Below, piece after piece: positions 61,298 through 64,000 of a stretch of DNA of 64,000 bases; positions within the stretch are counted from its first letter, which is position 1; each line of letters starts with the position of its first letter. Made by a program: the position numbers and the translations under genes. This DNA is from Candidatus Uhrbacteria bacterium (lineage in GTDB: Bacteria; Patescibacteriota; Patescibacteriia; UBA9934; GWF2-40-263): assembly GCA_016219925.1 (NCBI GenBank), contig JACRJU010000012.1, forward strand, positions 6,723 through 70,722. Reading direction: 5' to 3'. The notes under the pieces are model-generated. The model made no database searches. It was not told the DNA's origin and saw only the letters and a list, made by a program, of their open reading frames with translations.

Positions 61298-63325
61298 ATG
61301 AAACAGAGTATCCTTTTGACATGGATGAAGATTGGCCTCTACGCGCTTCCATTCACTTCTCTCATCTTTTGGAAACGACTGGATTATTTTTTTGATTCCA
61401 CGAAAAGTTTTTTTGTCATGGGACTTAGTGAACTTCTGTTTGTTGGATTTTTCTGGCTCATCCACGCTCATCCGCAATTTCGACCCAGATGGAATGCTGT
61501 TTCCATAGCCTTCGTACTTTATCTTGCGGTTGTCGTCTTTGTTTCACTTATCGGGGTTGATCCATTTTTGAGTTTTTGGGCAAGTACAGATCGTATCAAC
61601 GGTGTTTTGTTTTTGCTTCATTTAGGAGGGATTTTTTTCGTCCTTTCATCGGTATTACGTACGCAGGAAGATTGGAATATCTTTTTTTTGGTCAACAGCA
61701 TGATCGCTCTATTGGTTTGTTTTGTATTTTTTCTTTCATTTCTTGATCCCTCTTTTTTTTCATATTCCAAAGCAGGATCGACACTCGGCAACTCGACGTA
61801 TCTTGGGGCTTACCTGCTCTTTAGTATCTTTTTCAGCGCACTTTTAGCCGTGACCGGACGATCGAGTAATGTCCGAAAATACGGATTTATCACAGCCATT
61901 TTTTTTGCTTTAACAATTTTTTTTACTTCCGCACTCGCGGCTAAAGGAGCTCTGATGGGTGGGGCTGTGCTTGCGCTCGGGTTATTTCTTATTTCTTCAC
62001 CCAAAAGGACGAAGAAAAAACGGAATATTGGTTGGGCAATTTTACTTGTTCTTGTTGCCTTGTTCATATTTGTTTCTATTTCTGTATTTTTTCCTGACTC
62101 GTTTGTCCAAAAAGCATTTATAAAAGCCTCATCCGCCGCACGTTTGGTTGTTTGGCAGATCGCCTGGCGTGCGTTTTTAGACCGTCCCATATTTGGATGG
62201 GGACTTGAAAATTTTCAAACAGCATTTGCCAATCATTTTATCCCTTGCTTTGGCTCCAAGGTATGTGGAACAGAAGTGTGGTATGACAGAGCTCACAACA
62301 ACGTATTGGATTTGCTGGTTGATGGCGGAGTCATTTTATTATTTGCATATTTAAGTCTTTTATATGCTGGGGTGTGGCAGATTTGGAAAACACAGATGAG
62401 CAAATATACCGCACCTGTTGTTGCCGTTTTGTTTACGACATTTATTACCGCACTGTTTGTTCATAATTTGGTCGAATTTGATGTTACTATTACATTATTA
62501 TTCTTTGTTGTTGTTCTTTCATTTGCCAGTGCAAGTGTGTCATTTGTTCATAAGGATCAAGTTGAGCCGGTATCCATTGGTCCGACTCACAAGCAAAAGT
62601 TCTATCTGTTCATAGCTGTGATTATTACCCTCTTGTCTCCACTTGTTTTTTATTACGCGGTTGTCTCTCCTTGGCTGACAAACCAAACGATACGAGTCGT
62701 GCAAGCAAAAACAATGATAGAGAGATCACCTGAGTATGAAAAAATGATTGATGGTTCACCTGTCGGGATTGATTTTCGTCGCGTTTTTCTTGCTGGCGAA
62801 ACAGCGAAGTTGGTTTTTGGTGGGAATATGGCGCGGCGTGAGAAGTTGTCCGAACCGATACGAAGAGAAATCGATCTAGCTATCAATGGTCTTGAACAGA
62901 CGATTAATCGCGCACCAAACTATGTACGTGGGTTTGATTTAGCGACGTTGCTCTATCAGATGAAGGCGCGTTACTACAACGATCCAGACGCGCTTGTTCG
63001 TGCCGAGACGATTGCGCGGCGTTCACTCGCTCTCAACTCTCGGAATCAACAGGCGTATTGGGCGTTGTCGGCGATTTTGATCGAGCAAAACAGAGAAGAA
63101 GAGGCATTTGCACTTTTGGAGACGGCTATTCGTTTGGATCCTGATGTTCCGGATTCATATATTAAAAAATTAGCCGCATTTAAATTAATAGGAAGAGAGG
63201 AAGAATTTAGTGCGCTGGAAGCGGAGGTTGTCAGGCGATTTCCCTTGCGAAAAGCTCAAATAAGCGATCTCGCGTCAGTCAAACCCACTGATGGAAAAGA
63301 TTGGTTGTATACGGTTTTCTATTAA
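61298..63325 (+). CDS. Wzy_C-family O-antigen ligase/polymerase-like membrane protein with C-terminal TPR repeats
   Basis: 675 aa; about 12 TM including the Wzy_C periplasmic loop region (…WYDRAHNNVLDLLVDGG…) then a TPR-like helical tail (…NQQAYWALSAILIEQNREEEAFALLETAIRLDPD…). Confidence 0.7.
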   Translation: MKQSILLTWMKIGLYALPFTSLIFWKRLDYFFDSTKSFFVMGLSELLFVGFFWLIHAHPQFRPRWNAVSIAFVLYLAVVVFVSLIGVDPFLSFWASTDRINGVLFLLHLGGIFFVLSSVLRTQEDWNIFFLVNSMIALLVCFVFFLSFLDPSFFSYSKAGSTLGNSTYLGAYLLFSIFFSALLAVTGRSSNVRKYGFITAIFFALTIFFTSALAAKGALMGGAVLALGLFLISSPKRTKKKRNIGWAILLVLVALFIFVSISVFFPDSFVQKAFIKASSAARLVVWQIAWRAFLDRPIFGWGLENFQTAFANHFIPCFGSKVCGTEVWYDRAHNNVLDLLVDGGVILLFAYLSLLYAGVWQIWKTQMSKYTAPVVAVLFTTFITALFVHNLVEFDVTITLLFFVVVLSFASASVSFVHKDQVEPVSIGPTHKQKFYLFIAVIITLLSPLVFYYAVVSPWLTNQTIRVVQAKTMIERSPEYEKMIDGSPVGIDFRRVFLAGETAKLVFGGNMARREKLSEPIRREIDLAINGLEQTINRAPNYVRGFDLATLLYQMKARYYNDPDALVRAETIARRSLALNSRNQQAYWALSAILIEQNREEEAFALLETAIRLDPDVPDSYIKKLAAFKLIGREEEFSALEAEVVRRFPLRKAQISDLASVKPTDGKDWLYTVFY

Positions 63326-63332
63326 ACGAATT

Positions 63333-64000
63333 ATGTCACAATCGCTTAAGTTGTGGATCAGTTTGATATTAACGAAAGAAAGTACTCGATTTTTAAAGAA
63401 TTCTATGCGGAATAATAAAATCGATTCCTTGCTGTTATGGGGTTCAAAAATTGGTATTTTTACCTTGCTTTTTGTTCCTCTCGTTTTTTGGTATCCCATT
63501 CTTTTCCCTCTTGTTTCTACAAAAGTTTTTTTTGTCTTTGTTTTGTCGCAGATGGTAAGTCTGTTATTCGTTTGGCTTTTATGGCGCCTGCCATCTTTGC
63601 ATCCCCCGGCGGATCATCCTCTTGTGAAAGCTGTCGTTGTATACGTTGCCGTAATCCTTCTTTCTACAATTTTTAGTGTTTACCCGTCGCAAAGTTTTTG
63701 GGGAACTTATGAGCGCAGTGAGAGCGTTTTGGTTTGGATTCATTTACTGGCAATTTTTTTGATCGTGATATCGCTGTTTCGCACCAAAAAAGATTGGCTT
63801 CAGATCGCAGGAATTTCGACCGTCGTGGGAATTATCGTCAGTGCCGTTTTCTTGCTTAATGCTGGAGGGCTCTTTCCATTTTTTTCTTATTTGAACAGCG
63901 GTTCGACATTTGGAAATTCGAGTTTTCTTGGGACGTACCTTATTTTCGCCATTTTTTTCTCCCTCTTTCTTTTTTTCCAAAGTGAAAGCAAGAAGGGAAG
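63333..64000 (+). CDS. second Wzy_C-family ligase/polymerase paralog (3'-truncated by the window edge)
   Basis: Hand translation from ATG 63333 stays open to the window end (MSQSLKLWISLILTKES...LVWIHLLAIFLIVISLF...GNSSFLGTYLIF) and parallels the N-terminus of the preceding gene (…GNSTYLGAYLLF…). Confidence 0.55.
   Translation, partial: MSQSLKLWISLILTKESTRFLKNSMRNNKIDSLLLWGSKIGIFTLLFVPLVFWYPILFPLVSTKVFFVFVLSQMVSLLFVWLLWRLPSLHPPADHPLVKAVVVYVAVILLSTIFSVYPSQSFWGTYERSESVLVWIHLLAIFLIVISLFRTKKDWLQIAGISTVVGIIVSAVFLLNAGGLFPFFSYLNSGSTFGNSSFLGTYLIFAIFFSLFLFFQSESKKG

Noticed and set aside
61298-64000. T7-T8 homopolymer tracts inside the Wzy_C ligase genes (for example around 61690-61700 and 61745-61756) as phase-variation switches
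   Set aside because: These genes are extremely Phe-rich (TTT/TTC codons in TM helices), so T-runs are expected by composition. There is no evidence of frame disruption. Kept only as a low-probability idea; the A-run frameshift in the MTase paralog is the better candidate.
1-64000. Alternative genetic code (UGA recoding, as in some CPR lineages)
   Set aside because: TGA terminates many well-supported genes here (for example the island membrane protein, and several GT genes end at TGA within ATGA overlaps), and conserved proteins show no in-frame TGA.

Overview
Overview. The window is a 64-kb bacterial fragment, about 45-48% GC apart from one sharply delimited ~5.6-kb island of about 62-70% GC. 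Coding density is high and TGA is used as a stop codon, so the code is standard. Gene content (FemAB, Wzy_C 'O-antigen ligase' genes with TPR tails, many GT4/GT2 genes, a DUF4012-like gene, split tRNA-nucleotidyltransferase paralogs) suggests a small-genome monoderm-like bacterium, possibly Patescibacteria/CPR-like; this is inference only.

Gene order from the left:
- 1-3.5 kb: a 3' fragment of a tRNA-nucleotidyltransferase-family gene, ruvA, a FemAB-like gene, tRNA-Arg(CCG), and a hypothetical gene.
- 3.5-12.8 kb, minus strand: a surface-glycan operon made of a WbaP-like priming transferase, three GT4 genes, a DUF4012-like membrane protein and a DUF11/CARDB-like repeat protein.
- 12.84-13.34 kb: an RNase P RNA gene (rnpB) with a textbook sigma70 promoter, not present in the ORF track.
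- 13.34-18.9 kb: the GC-rich island, directly abutting the rnpB promoter. It carries deoC, a double aldehyde dehydrogenase, deoB, a membrane protein and a 31-aa micro-ORF, with its own promoter and terminators, and reads as Actinobacteria-like in composition.
- 18.9-36.8 kb: housekeeping genes (trpS, rnj, tRNA-Leu, an OppA-like binding protein, secG, uvrA, rplS, cmk-like, rluD, a tRNA-Ile with an unusual UAU anticodon, tRNA-Val, a second priming sugar transferase, cca). Embedded here is a DsbA-like (CPFS) gene co-transcribed with a 427-aa, 26-Cys protein that has a central VirB2/TrbC-like helical hairpin.
- 36.8-61.2 kb, minus strand: about 23 tightly packed, mostly overlapping genes that look like one giant glycan operon. 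It holds about 9 glycosyltransferases, 7 SAM methyltransferases (3 of them tandem Zn-ribbon-MTase paralogs, one frameshifted in an A-run and one fused), a NeuA-like CMP-sugar synthetase, a GT2-cytidylyltransferase fusion, a DAHP-synthase-like plus AroE-like plus Gfo/Idh/MocA trio, an MsbA/PglK-like ABC exporter, a QW-motif toroid protein, a truncated UDP-sugar dehydrogenase and an NDP-sugar epimerase.
- 61.3-64.0 kb, plus strand: two tandem Wzy_C-family ligase/polymerase paralogs with TPR tails, divergent from the operon.

A roughly 75-bp nested-palindromic repeat family (core TGTCATCCTGAGCG[A/C]AGCGAAGGATC) occurs at three loci, once in-frame inside a GT4 gene.

Coordinates derived by hand may be off by 1-2 nt.
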